Shown: positions 1 through 13,360 of the stretch, one piece after another
Numbering within the stretch: the first letter of the stretch is position 1
How the letters are laid out: every line of letters starts with the position of its first letter
Source of the DNA: Ascidiella aspersa
Taxonomy: Eukaryota
Length of the DNA: 64,000 nt
NCBI GenBank assembly: GCA_963924565.1
Contig: OZ004607.1
Coordinates: forward strand, 32,488,001 to 32,552,000
Reading direction: 5' to 3'
Made by a program: the position numbers and the translations under genes
Notes under the pieces: generated by a model
Seen by the model: only the letters and a program-made list of their open reading frames with translations
What the model was told of the DNA's origin: nothing
The model's database searches: none

Positions 1-989
1 CCGTAGCCCGTCTTATCGCGCCTCCTAAACCTCCCCCAACTCCCCTGTGCTTTCCAACGCCGGACCCGTGCAAATAAACGCGCGTGGGAACTACAGCGTC
101 GCGTATGACACGAACCCTGAGCGATTGACCAACGGCGATCGCTCCTTCCGCAAAAAACAAACGGATTTGGGCGCAATCCCGCGATGTTAGGATGTGATAG
201 CCGCGTTTTCCTCATTGCAAGTTGACTTTAGACGCTATCTCCTGCCTTTTTGTTTCCTGTCTCTGAAGCGATTGGATTTTCGATCGGAAGCGGTAAAATC
301 GTTCGGGTTTTGCGATCTTTTAACAACCTCCAGATGCCGATTACGGCGAGATTGTGTTTCCTTAAAGCCCCCCCCCCCTCAACCTTTGTGTAACGTTGGA
401 TTTTGAATTGTCTGCTGTTTGCACTCGTTTCTGCCTCCTGATATTAACTCTTGATTTGATAATCCAGACAAAATCTTTTCTGTCGAAAACTCCAGAATCT
501 TCCTTAGTTCAAATTGATTTCGGAAGTAGCACAAAAGGCCTAAAGTTGTCGCAATTGCGGCTTTTTAGCTGTGCGGTCTTATCAACCTTATTTTGTCAAT
601 GATATATGTAGACAAATGTTTTAAGTTGTGCAAAAAAAAAAACTTTCTCGATGAAACAATAGTTCAAACAATCTTTTTTTTTTCGAATCATAAGTTGTGA
701 TGGCTATTTGACTGTATAATGGTAAACGGGTTTAATTCATATATAATTCCAAAAAATCAGCACAAATTTAAATGATATCAGTATTTCGGCAATTTATCGC
801 TTGTTTGCTTTTTTTACAGTAACTTATCTGCTGGTTGTTATACTACAACAAATATTTTTCTGTCGATTTTAAGAAAATATTTATGCTTTGTCCCTCTAGT
901 TGTTGTCTGCTTTGCGAAAGATTTCTTACATAAAAAAGGTTTTTAGCTATATGCAGATTTGTTAGCAACATCTTTTGTACCGTTAAAAA

Positions 990-1321
990 AGAGCTTGACC
1001 GATATATCAGTTTACCGATAATCTGGGTCGACTTTTTGCTTTTACCTAACATATCGGTATCGCTAAATTTTGGTTCTTATTTCGGTCGATATTTGCTACG
1101 AAAATGTCGTATAGGTTTCCTAAAAATCAAATCAAATTTTTTTAATTTTTTTTGCTAATTTTTTTGGTTTGTTCAGCATGAAAATTGAGGTAGATAAACT
1201 GAAAGGTCATTTGGATTTACATTTCAATAATTCAAATTTTGACATATTGCGGGTAAAAAAAATCGGTATAGGGTATCGATTGACAAAAACATTGAAAATC
1301 TGGGTATTGTAATCGGCCCTA
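990..1321. mobile_element. Degenerate MITE rich in ACCGAT/ATCGGT motifs
   Basis: Repeated ACCGATA at the left, ATCGGTAT at the right, ending ATCGGCCCTA (1312-1321); no clear TSD. Confidence 0.4.
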
Positions 1322-2408
1322 AAAATGATATGGGCCTCTACTAAAAAACTCAAGTTTATTTCTCAAAACAACCGTATTTTTTTCCGAATAATAAATTCCA
1401 TTGTACATGTTCGATCGCCATCGACCCAAATTTGGTCGCGAACAATTAGCCGCGGGTGCTTCCCCTCGACTGAGACACGCCCCGGCAATGTGGTGACGGG
1501 TCGTCGCTGATTCCAAACAAAGACGCTTGTTGTGGCTTGCTGTCAGAGCAACGCCACCTGAAAAGTCCACGTGGATGACTCATAGTGCCCGTTACATGGC
1601 AACCTACTGCAAGCCCCCTTTTTTCTGGTCGCTTTAAAGACAAACGGATCCTTTTTTTAAATCCTGTTTTCGCAATACACTTGTGTTTTAAGTCAGTGCT
1701 TCTGGAACTAGGTTTCGTCAACCCCTAATATAAACTTAAAGCATTTTGGTATTCACATTTTCAAGTTCAAATAATTGCATGTTAATGATTTACAAAAACA
1801 AAACAAGAACTTGTATAAATTTTAATTTAATTTTGGTATGTTTTTCAACAACACAATCTTTATGTTTTATAGATTTTATGTTTTATAGATTTGGAAGGCT
1901 GATACTTTTTTATTAAGCCTTTCAAAACATACGAAAAAAAATATATTATTGCCAAAATCACCTTCGCACAATTTTAGGTTTTTTTTGTTATACAATACCC
2001 AAATTTTATATAAACGACAATTTCAAGCGGTCGAAAAAACGTAATGTTCAAACGAAATCAGCAAAACGATTTCTGTGTGTGGAGCGATTTTAAATTATTT
2101 CTTTTTTGGCATAAGTATAGATTAGATTTTTTAGTGAAACTCAGTAAACCCAAAACGGATTTTATTTTTGTTTTTTTATTTCATGGCAATCGTATGAGTG
2201 ATTGACAGGTACCGTGTACATAGTGAAGCTATATCCCAACGTTGTTTGTACAAGTCCAATTTTGGAAACTTAAACGTTCTGGTCCAATTAGGCGATTTTA
2301 TCTCTACACTTAAATTTTTGAAATGGAGATTTGCATCTGCTTTCCATAAAATAGGTTTGCTGCTTTATGTAGAAAAATATTTGTTCCATTTTTGACCAAA
2401 GGCCTGAC

Positions 2409-2684
2409 CACTGAGCCATGGGTCGCGACCCCAAAATTAGGTCGCCATTCGATTTAGTTGAGTCGCCGAATGCAGCTGTTCACATTGAATTTGTCAGATT
2501 GGTTCTGAGAAATTTTTCTAAATCTAAAAAAAAATCATTATAAGTACACACTTATTTATGCTAATGTTTCAGAAGTGTTTTGTTTGCTTAAAGCTTACAA
2601 AAAGATCAGTAAAAAGAATTAGATCGCCAAACTTTTGCTGTTATACTTAATTTGGGTCGCCACTAAAAATGTTGAGAAACACTG
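2409..2684. mobile_element. hAT-type MITE (CAGTGTTTCTCAAC termini; GGGTCGC subterminal motifs)
   Basis: Right end GTTGAGAAACACTG; homologous to copies in intron 2 of the CDIPT paralogs (36124-36391, 43213-43459, 52186-52390, 52480-52571). Confidence 0.6.
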
Positions 2685-3371
2685 GACATCAGTCGTAGTA
2701 AGAATATCATCGCCCATACAGAAGAAGTAGTTATCATTTTCGAAAGTTTCGTATTTATCATTTCGAAAGTTTCGAATATCTCTTGATTCATTTTCAACAT
2801 CTGGACAAAAGGTTCCTAATATACTCTCTTTTCGAAAAAATATTCCGGAAATCCCGGTCTTCAAATTTCGAGCGTCACTGTAATTGTGGGGAGCGTCTTC
2901 GCCGTTTGCCTTCGAGAGGCAAAAAGTTCCCTTACTCGTTTCGCAGCCACAATTTCGGAAGCCCTTCCCGCTGAATAAACAGCAATAAAACGCTGCCCGG
3001 ACATCCCAGGACACAATAACTCGCTGTGAAACAAGTGGTCTTTTTTGCTTGAGCGTCGCATATTGTTTGACGTACCGCCTGAGTCATTTGCTCGCTATTC
3101 GACATATCGATATTTGCACATGACGAAATGCGAATATTAAACGCGTTTCTTTTCCGCCGTGGCTCGTTGGTAACTGGCAAACTATTTCTGGCCTTCTCTC
3201 TCGGAGATCTGCCAAGTTGTTTGTTTTTTGTGGGCTTTGTTTTCTTAATTACGCCCGCAATGCTGTAAATCAACAGCGTCTTATTAGGTTGCAATGTATC
3301 TTAAACTGTTTGCTAAATAAGGCAATTTTGCCATAAGCTGTTCGGCCTTGTCAACTTTCTTATGTTAATGA

Positions 3372-3462
3372 GCCTCACTGTAGACTAGTTGTTTTTCTAG
3401 CTTGCCTTGCTTGCATCATTCATCGACAGATTCGGTGACTCTGCGATGGCTTTCTGTATACC
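3372..3462 (+). mobile_element. SINE body fragment
   Basis: CCTCACTGTAGACTAGTTGTTTTTCTAGCTTGC...ATCGACAGATTCGG...GATGGCTTTC matches ~53022-53105. Confidence 0.6.
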
Positions 3463-4321
3463 ATACAGAAGTATGTATCATTTTGAACGTTTAGAATGAC
3501 TATGTAAAAATGAATAAGATACTCGAAACGTTCAAAATAATAATAGCTACTTTTCTATGGGCTTTAATGGCTCAAACAATATTAAAAAACATGTTTTTTT
3601 CGAACTACAATTTGCCATTGATATTGAGAATGTTTTATGAAAAACTGGTAAAAATCATAAGAATTTCCTAAAATTAACATAAATATAGGGAATGTTAATA
3701 TTTTCGGTACATCACTTGTTGACGATAAGGCAATTCAACAGTAAAATAAACTTCCTTATTTGTTTCAATTTTTCTATTTCTCTAATTACATGTTTGTGTG
3801 GTGAGATGAGATTATTTTATAATTACACCCACAATTTATGACTGATTTGTATTTTAATAATCGAGTCAGCTGATTCTATTGTGAGAACAAGGTGACGTCA
3901 TACATTGAAAGGAAAACAAGGCGTTGCCAAATGATAAACGTTTGTATCGTAATGATTGGGAGGTTGTTTTGATGCGTAAAATAAACAGCAAATGCCAGAA
4001 GAATTGCACACTGTGTAAAGTTTTGAAAATAAGTACTTGCATTTTTCATGAGAGTGGGTTAAAGGTTCCTAAGACGTTTTATTATTCCTTTGGCTTTAAT
4101 TCTTCGTGGTTCCTCAATTTATTGAATTGCAGAACCCTTTAAATACTTTGAAATAATATTGTCAATTTTATAAACCATGAAATTATATAAGAAAATGCCG
4201 GAACAAAAACAACTGTCCTTTAGAATAAATAAAGGTTGCGATTTCGGATTAGCTTGAAGAACTCACTAGGAAACCGGCGCTCAAAGCCAATTCAAAGTGT
4301 TTCTTGAATATTCAACTAAAT

Positions 4322-4647
4322 TAGGGGTTCTTATACTTTATTTTCCGTGGACCCCTATTTTTTGGGGCTTCGGTGGACCAGGATAGGCAAGAAATGTTTA
4401 GGGAAGACGTCATAAATTGGCGTCACGATACAGATAGATGTTTTCTGTCCAAAAAATCTATAAGTGAAAGGAAGTCAAAACACATTCAGTGGAAAAACGT
4501 TTTATTTTTAATTAAACTATTATCTTTAAAATATTAACTATTTTTCAAATATAGATAAATGAATATTTCAATAAGGCCTTAATGCACCCCCAAAACAAGT
4601 TCACGTACCCCAAAGGGGCTCCATGGACCCCAGTTTAAGAACCCCTG
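4322..4647. mobile_element. hAT-superfamily MITE
   Basis: TIRs TAGGGGTTCTTA / TTAAGAACCCCTG; perfect 8-bp TSD AACTAAAT (4314-4321, 4648-4655); second copy at 31624-31955. Confidence 0.85.
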
Positions 4648-5223
4648 AACTAAATATTTACCTGTTTTTTCGAACGCTTTCAATTCTTTTCACAGATTTA
4701 CGCCGACCGAGCCAAGCAGGCCCGACAGGGTGCGACCCCTAGCGGACAAAAGCGTAGGCGGGAAAGCGGCGAACAAAATGACGACGAAGAAAATGAGCCC
4801 CCCATCCAAGGGGAGTCCGAACCCCCCAAAGGAAAGCGACCCAGGGACTCGGCCCCCGGGGACGCGAAATCCAGGTTGTCGGCCTTCGCCTTTCAGTCTC
4901 AATAACGTGACGTAATACTATGACGTCATCATAGGAAGGTAGATCTCTGGACGGTTTACGCTACCAAAGAACGCTGTTCGAATCGCTATATTCTTTTGTG
5001 TTTTCAACATTTTAACTATTTTCGATCTTAGTGCTTTGAAAGTGACTGTTTTGTATGTAACACAAGCAAATATAACCAATATGGCGGTGAATTTTATGTT
5101 TGCATTTAAAGTGTGTCTTGCTCGTTTAATAATTTAGAGTTTCTTTTCTATAAGCATTTTGACCTGAAGCAAGTAATTGGTTGGCAATCCGGCTTACAAT
5201 ACTACATATATTCAATTCTATAC

Positions 5224-5400
5224 GTGCACTAGACTTCCCTAGATGTTTTATCACATTGTTTACGTGACCCCCATAAAATCAGTCAAATACCAATTTCCAA
5301 CTTTTTAAGTTCTATTTTATCACCTTTTCGTGTAAAAAGTCTTAACATTTTATCCCCAAATTGGGTTACACTTGCCCTGAAATGTTCATTGAATTTGGTC
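5224..5400 (+). repeat. Dispersed ~180 bp repeat (second copy ~8544-8732)
   Basis: GTGCACTAGACTTC...CAGTCAAAT(A/G)CCAATTTCCA...GTGTAAA...TTGCCCT present at both loci. Confidence 0.65.
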
Positions 5401-6133
5401 AGTGCTGTAAACCAGTAGTTTCGTAAAGACGAAGTCTCAGTCAAGTCATTCCTCCGAAAGACTTAGTCGCGTCAAGTCATTTAAAAACAGTGACTTAAAG
5501 TTTGAGTCAAAGTCAGCGTTTTGCCCTAAAAAGGAGTCCTATAATCACAAAAAAAGGGTCGTAATCCAGCTTTGCAGCAGCAGCACAGATTTTTTTCCGC
5601 TTTCCTTTCGTTCACTGAAGCGCGAAAAAGTGACGTAATGCCGGTTTTGTTTTTCACTTTTCCCGTCGGATTCGTGCGAAGGCCACGCGCGCCAAATCTG
5701 TGCGTGGGGGTTCGCGTGCAGACCAAGGCCGGCCCGGACGAACATAGAAATCGGATATTCTTCTTGCTCATGGGGTCGGAGCGCGCCGATGCGCCCCCAC
5801 GCGTCTGATGACGTCACGGCGAAATTCGGGGTCCGATTTTTAACCCCCTTTTTTCGTTTTACCGCAACCTTGGGCGGTTTGCATTTAACCATAGCGGAAA
5901 GACTTGAACTTGTCTGGCAACTCTCAACACCGCGTGTTTTTTTCGTAGTGAAAGTTTTTTTGTGGTAAAAATCTCGATTGGTTAATGTCATGCGATTTGC
6001 CTGATTTGAAAACTGTCTATTAGGTAAGTGTTTCTCACACTGGTGAATAGTTTGACCCCAGATTAAATGAAAATTTTTGCTAGGGCGAACCAGCAGTTAC
6101 AGAATTAAGGAAATAAGGAAAAAGGAATTTTTA

Positions 6134-6345
6134 AATTGGTGTTTTTACCCATATTATAAACTTGCACCAATCTAAAACAAATATAGCAAACATCATTAGT
6201 GGTGAACATATACTAGGCGTAATACAGTGAGAATTTAATTTTTATATTGGTGTTTTTACCCGTTTCATAAAGTTGCACTAATCTGAAATAAATATAACAA
6301 ACTTCAGTTTTGGTAAACATATACAAGGTGTAACAACACAGTGAG
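6134..6345 (+). repeat. Tandem duplication, ~110 bp unit x2
   Basis: ATTGGTGTTTTTACCC...TTGCAC-AATCT-AAA...AACATATAC-AGG-GTAA...CAGTGAG repeated at ~6134 and ~6245. Confidence 0.75.
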
Positions 6346-9300
6346 TTCAGTCTTCAACAATGCTCACCCAATAAAAACACCGAAACAAGTGTTGCTTATA
6401 CAAACCACTCGGAAGTGGTTCACGATGTTGCAGTCACATTGGTTTTATATTTGTGTGGATGGCATGCAGAATTCTATGGTAGGGGTAAACAAATGTGAAA
6501 AACTTTTAGAAACACTTCTTTAGGCAGCACCGTTGGAAGATAAATTTTATTTTCGCAAAACTTCGCAAACTGTACCTTTCGGTGTCCTAATCCTAAGCAG
6601 AAAATAGTTCAATGCTGAAATAAACATCAAAGCCGTTTAGAACCTGGCGTGTGTTTTTTTTAGAAAGCGTACTCATTGTTAAAGAGCACTATCAAAAATA
6701 TGTATCAAAACCTATGTCACGCTGTTGCCTTACAAATGCATCGCGCAATTTCGGTTTGTAAAATGTGCTTCTTTAATAAGCTCAGTCATACGCGGGCCCA
6801 ATTCTCGAAACAACGGCTTGGAAAGAGTTAAGCACTCCCGCGTGCAATTAGCGATTTCGTAAGCCCTCCCTATACACCCTGGCGCGCACTCACCGCAAGA
6901 TTATGTTGCCTTATTTGCCAAGTATAGCTCGGCCAGCGCCACACAGACCCGCTCAGACTGTTTACCGACTAACAGGGGCAATATTGCTGGCGCTTATTTG
7001 CCCGTCCCCGTGCCATTATCGCTCGTAAGTCGAAAAGTATCTGCTTCAACTCTTGTTTTCGACCTTAACTCGGTGTCGGCTTCTCGAAGACTGCTCGGCA
7101 CCCGTCGGTTCGGCCTGATTGGAGCTTGTACACTTGGCCCCGTGGAAAACAAAGTTTTTGCTGATGTCATTCTGTGTTACCACCCTTGGTCGAACAGCGG
7201 TGACCTTTTTGCTACAACGAGGAACAACTCGTGTAGTGCAAGTCGTGACCTTTTTCTCGGTATGGAGCGTTTTGGCGAATTTTCATTTGTCTGTCTCTTG
7301 AAATTGAAGACTATACGGTTTTGAGACATAACCGACGATTAATTAAGTTGACATTTTTAGTTTAGGAGGGTTTTTGTTCAATTTAAATAAAACGCTTGAA
7401 ACATGGAGTTTTCCATTTTAGCTTTTTGTACAGTTCCTAATAGACAGCATCAAAAAATTGAGAAGCTTAATAAACGTATAATTCCTAATATAAAGTAAAA
7501 CACAGTTAAGCAGAATTTGGTTCGATCCTACCATTAAATTAAGTTAAAAAAACTTGTTTTAAAGAGTACGTATAGTAAGCTAAGTGTGAAAAGTTCATAC
7601 ACATTTTGTAACGGGTTTCCAGCTAGCGTTAACCAAAGTTAGACGAATAAGGCCCAAACACAAGTTTAATGTGCGAACAAACTCTATCTCAAAGAGCAAA
7701 GTGCCCCAAAATACACCCTTTAGAATAGATTGATTTCCTATCTGCGGCGTGGGCTAATGCCTTTTAAACGCGCTAATTTCGAAGGCGGATTACGAAGAGA
7801 TCAGAGCCGGTAAAGCCTCCGGCTGTCAATCGACGTTTCGACATCAAAGGGAGACGGGTTCTTACAAGCGTCGCGATAAGAGTTGAAAGGCTTGATTCGG
7901 GCGCTTTTCGAAGGCGAATCAACAACGCGGCGGTCGTCGGGAATGAAATGCCGCTAACCACTCGTCTCCGCTCTGATAAGGAACAAGTGGCATTACGCAG
8001 TGGCCGGGATTAGCCGAAAGGTTCGCCTTTCGTTGTTGAAATCGGTCTCTTTTTTGTTGTAAGGCGGGGTTCGAACAAGGGTTACGCCTACTATAGTCAT
8101 AACCTAAGTGTGTCGTTTTTCTTGAACGTAAGATAAAAAAGAGACACAAACCAACTGATAATCTCTTCTCGACTGTCGCCGTTTTAGATCTCGAGTCAGC
8201 TAATACTTCGATCTGAGCTGTTCTGTTTTTAGTGATGGTGGCGAAACCGTGTTTGAAGAGACCGATTCGGCTGTTTGGTTACATATCAACTGGGTAATTC
8301 CAACATGTTTTTATCAGTAACGTTTTCGCCCCTTAAATTGTAACAAAATCTAAAAAAACACTAGGTTGAACTTTGTCATTGATTTTCCACCCATGAAATT
8401 GTAAAATAAGATCATGTAGGCCTTGTAGGGTAATTAACATTTATTGGTGATTTTCCAACCCTTAAAACTGTAATGAAATAAATTTAACTTAAGGGCCTTT
8501 GTTAATCGATATACAACTTCTGTTTACGTAAATCCCATTCGTTGTGCACTAGACTTCTGCTAATTTTCATTAACATTGTTTGAATTGCATCCATAAAAAG
8601 CAGTCAAATGCCAATTTCCATCGCCGTGATGTGCCATTTCGTCACTTTATAGTGTAAAGAAGTCTAACATTTCAACCCCGTGTCAAATTCTGTTAGAGTT
8701 GCCCTAACTAAAACGTATATCGAATTTTGTCAAAAAGTGATTTTGGAAATATTTGTTAAAGGCTTGACAGGTTTGTTTCTTCGGATTAACTTTGTAGACT
8801 TTTACTGATGTGGCCTGGCTTACTGTGATTTCGCAAGCAAGGTTAGATTTTGTAATGACTTCTAACTGGGCTAAGCCTATCTGTCCTGTGCGCCCAATCT
8901 TAACAGGTTTAGCCCCGTCGTCTTCCCATGGGAAAGGGTTGGCGGTCGGGCGCTAAGCCCCTTGTAGTAATAAGGCGAAGATGACCCGAAGGTGCAGCCG
9001 TAGACGCCAGAAATGGGATTACGGCACGACGAAATGGACGGACTACCCGGCTTGGGTAACGCGATAAGTTAAAGGTCAGATCCACAAAGAGGATTTGGCT
9101 TATTCGCCATGACTTGGCTGCCATTCGCATTAACAAAAGTATAAACTGAAAAAACAAATCTTCGTCATAAGGGATTGTTTTGGCAAAGTATCTGTCGATG
9201 GATTGGATGGAATTGGCCTACGACCAAAACGCTAGTTGAATAAAACTGGTATAAGCTGTTTCCTCTCGTCCTTAAATTAAAAAAAAACGACAAATTGGTT

Positions 9301-9356
9301 TAAAATGTCGTGTAAACCCTTCCCAAGAAGTCTTATAATTTCAATGGCTAAATTTC

Positions 9357-9736
9357 CAGTGTTTACTTAAGTCACTGTTTCCAAATCACTTGATTTGACT
9401 TAAGTCTTGTAGAAGAAAGACTTGACTTAGACTTGAGTTTTTTCATTTAATATTTTTCAATAAATTAGGTTATTTGTCAAAACTTTTGCACGTAAAACAA
9501 TTTGCCTGCTGTTTATTGCGTTTTTGTGTTTTTAATTGGGTTGTTGATCATAATCGTCAAGTTTACCAATTTTAATATTTAACCTTTTTATTTTCATGCC
9601 AATGACACGACTTGAAGTTGACTTGCTTTTATAAAGACTTGATTGGACTGAGGACTTATTATTTTCTTTACAAAAGACTTGACTGGGATTGAAGTTGGTT
9701 TTTCAAGGTATTTAAAATGACTTCTGTACAACACTG
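9357..9736. mobile_element. hAT-type MITE with internal GACTT(GA) repeats
   Basis: CAGTGTT...AACACTG termini; TSD TAAATTTC/TAAATGTC (7/8). Related copies or fragments at ~5400-5520, ~10350-10664, ~39563-39978, ~58800-59150. Confidence 0.7.
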
Positions 9737-11699
9737 TAAATGTCCAACGTATGATAGATTTGCGAACAATTTCTGTCCAGTCTTAAATTTTGGTGTCCAG
9801 GAAGATGTACGACATGCGGAGAAGTGCGTCAAATGTTTACACAAACGTAATTGCGTGTTTCGTTAATATGAAATATTTATGTTGGTGTCGGTCGTCAGCT
9901 AAACCACAGCAATATTTCACTCATTTGACTGAATAATCCTTTTATGCGAGCTTCGCATTTTATTGCATCGAATCGCAGATGCAATGCGAAAGAAACGAGT
10001 AATATCTCTATACGTTTTATTTCGATGTATCGAATTTTTAGTTTGCTTAAAGTACAGAAACACTCAGAAGATACCCGACAAAGCAAAGGCAAAGCTGGAA
10101 CACCTTTACGTTTACGTGTGTTGTTTTCAACTCATTTAAACAAGTTTGTGTTAAAATGACGTCCCAGTCAAGCCATTGCCGTACAAAATCCAAATCATAT
10201 TCGTTGATTTTCAATGCATATATTAAATTTACAAAATCAACGAACACTTTTCATTCTAGACAATAGTTCGCGTAGCAAACACAAAATAAATGGCAAGGCA
10301 AAATCTTTACATTTATTAATTTACGAAGCTTACCAAATCTACCAATCGAGTCATGTAAAAACAGTGATTTAAGAGTTAAGTCATAAGTTACAACATTGCG
10401 AAGTCCAGCGGGGAATCACAGCCTATTTTATCCTTATGCATGGTGCCATGCGACCCCCTCTTATAATTTAGTTCTAGTTTGTAAATAAACTGACTTGATT
10501 AAAGTTTTTCGGCAAAATGACTTGATTTAGAAGTCATTGAGGCAAGCGACCTAAATGGGACGTGAGTTGCAATTTTTTGCAAATGACTCGACTTGGACTT
10601 ATTATTTTGCAAATGACTTTTCAGGAGTTTAAGTCGTTTTAAAATGACTTGGTTACAAACCCTGCGTCAATTAGTCAAGTATAGGAACTTTATTGTGATC
10701 ATTCCAAAGTTGTGCGTTACTGTCTACTGAAGGGATTACACCCAGATAAACGAACCGAAGATCGAACCCGGATGAGCTAAACCAGACGTCTACATTCTAT
10801 AAAGGCGCTCAAACCCAGGTTAGCGTCTTAAGCAGCAGCAGCTTGAAAAGCTTGTTTTTGACCGGAAGCAGCTCAAAGCAAAAGAATCCTTTGCCTTCGA
10901 GCCGACTGCGAAGACTTCAACACCTAATCCGCCCCGCGCGGTTTCCAGTTTAGGGGGCCTAAGGGGGGCTTGTCAAGCACCCGCATCGACCCCGCACCCC
11001 GCGCCCCTTTGTTCGACCCCACGGCGGGGTAAGATTTCGGCCCCTTGGAACGTTTCACACAGTTAACCTTTTCCAGCGCTTTGGACCCTGCAATTAAATC
11101 GGGGTCCGCGCAGGGTAATCTGAACCCCTTTCAAAACTTCCACGGAATTTCGGCCCCCTATTTAGCAAATACCCCTGTTCTGACGTCAGAGTGTTTGCGA
11201 TGCAAGGTAAGATTTGTTTTCCCGCTCTTTTTGAAAGCCGCCTTTGATGGTGGTCCAAAGTGGTTTAATTGTGGGATCGTGTCGCGTCATGGCATTGACA
11301 CCTCGAACCGCTTAAGCTATAGAATAACTGTTGATTGTAACTTAAGCCCTGCGTGTTAAACTCTTGACTAATAAGGCAACGCAATGGAGAATCGAAATTC
11401 GATAAAAATAGACAATGATTAAGCGCTGTTGGCACATTAAATAATTATTTTAAAACGCATTAATACCAACTGAGTTTTGATCTTAATCAATTTAAAATAT
11501 TTTAACGTTGGTCTGTTTTGAATTTATAACTAAGCCTTTTGGCAAACGAACGATATTCCAACCGTTCACCCCTGAAAACAAAAAATAATTTTACTTTAGT
11601 GTTACTTATCAATTATGGCTGAATGCGCATAAAGTATTATAAAATCTTGTTTCATACAGGCCTGTCTATAGCCTGATGTAGAAAACGCAAACGAATAGT

Positions 11700-12180
11700 A
11701 CTTTTTAATTCCGGAAAGTAAGGCAATATATTCCTTGTGCAATATTAGTCATAATAATTTAATAAAATGGCGAGTAACAGAACACTACACAACATAAATA
11801 GGCCTGCTCAGAAATTAACAAAGCCGATTTGGTATACAAAAAAGTCTTACCCCTTGAAAGCAAATAGTAATATCACATTGCACTTTATATTGACACGATA
11901 CCATATTTCGTGATCATGTTTGGGATTTAACTGAGCCGATTTGAGATTGGGGAAATAAAACTTCAACTTTGAGAAGAAGCAATTTTTGTCACTCTGCACT
12001 ACATTAGTCACAGATATTCGGGAAAATTGGCCATATACAGAAACACAATATCATATTTAATGTAAGTCCGCCTTCGATTTAACTCAGCCGACTCGGGACA
12101 CGATAAAAAACAAGAAACAACTTTACCCCTTGAAAGACACAAGCAATATTACTTTGCACCGTATTAGTCACGATTATCTG
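11700..12180 (+). repeat. Degenerate tandem repeats
   Basis: Recurring TTACCC(C)TTGAAAG, GATTTAACT(G/C)AGCCGA and ATTAGTCA blocks. Confidence 0.5.
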
Positions 12181-12769
12181 GACAAATTACGCGTAACGCA
12201 GCACCAATTGCGGCGGATTTATTCCCTCCGAAGCGCATTTGTCGGTAAACAGAGTCGCACTTTTGCTCAAAACACTGACGAAAAGCTTGAAGCAACGTGC
12301 ATCACCCAGAAGCCATCAGATATTGCCGGATAAAAATACACGTGCGTCGCGTCTCGCGGGGCAGGCCTCTCGCGGTCCGACCATCAGATAACGGCGCGCG
12401 GCGCTCTGGGCTTTGAAGGGCTCGGATTTTTTCAACCGGTCGATGCCATCACCGTCCGCACGCATCACCATCAGATCCCACATTTATCTACAAAGACGAC
12501 ACGACACGCCATCATGCAAACGCGCATATAGAGAGACCGCGGGTCCGATTAGACGGCTTCTTCTTTTTTGGGCGCCTAATCTCTTCGTCGGATCACGCGA
12601 CCGCTTTAAAGGATTCAAGGATGAAGATGATGTCTTCCGAGGCGTAATCGGAGCTCGCAGGAGATGCGCGACATCTCGCCACATCACTGGACTTTTTGTC
12701 GCGATTGCAATCGACGCGATGCGACTGACGTTGCCTTGGCGATCCCAATCTTCAAAGGGCCTGAGCACA

Positions 12770-13360
12770 GGAACATGGGGCGAGGTTTGGCCCGGTGCGT
12801 TTCTTCTGGAAGCTTCCACGGATTAACGCATCTGTTGTTTAAGCTGTAAACGTTGTTTTTCGCGTCTTGGCTCGACACTGTGTGTGTAAACATACATACG
12901 TTTTTTAGGTGTGATATTTTTTCTTAGAGGTTGTATATAATATATAATATTAAATCCACTTTACTGGATTACACTTAAAAGCTGTTAGTCAGAATAGGTA
13001 TGCTGCCACATAACGGTTGTAAGGTAAAACAAAATATTTTACATTTTGAGGACCAATTATTGTAAGTTTTAATTCGAATTTAACACACGGGCGATTTCAT
13101 TTCCAGTGCGATTTTTCTCGAAGCTTCCAAATTTCTTTTTCGCCGCCATTTAAAAGAGAGAAACTGCTTTTAGTAATTAAACTTAATAGCTATTTCCCAG
13201 AATAAGTAGCAGACCAATAAGTATTGTAAGTTGAAAAAAAAAATTATTTACATTTTGTTGGCAAAATATCATAAGTTTCAAATCTTATTTGAAAACTATT
13301 AAATTCATGTGGAACACGAGCTATCTCTACCAGTGAATTCTTCTCGAAGCTTTCAAACGA
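12770..13360 (+). repeat. Degenerate tandem repeat (~220-310 bp spacing), each unit ending in a heat-shock-element-like motif
   Basis: Three related blocks AACA..G-GC-A...CC-GTG...TTCT(C/G)GAAGCTT; the last two units also share AGCT-TT..CAGAATA-GTA and TTTACATTTTG. Confidence 0.6.
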
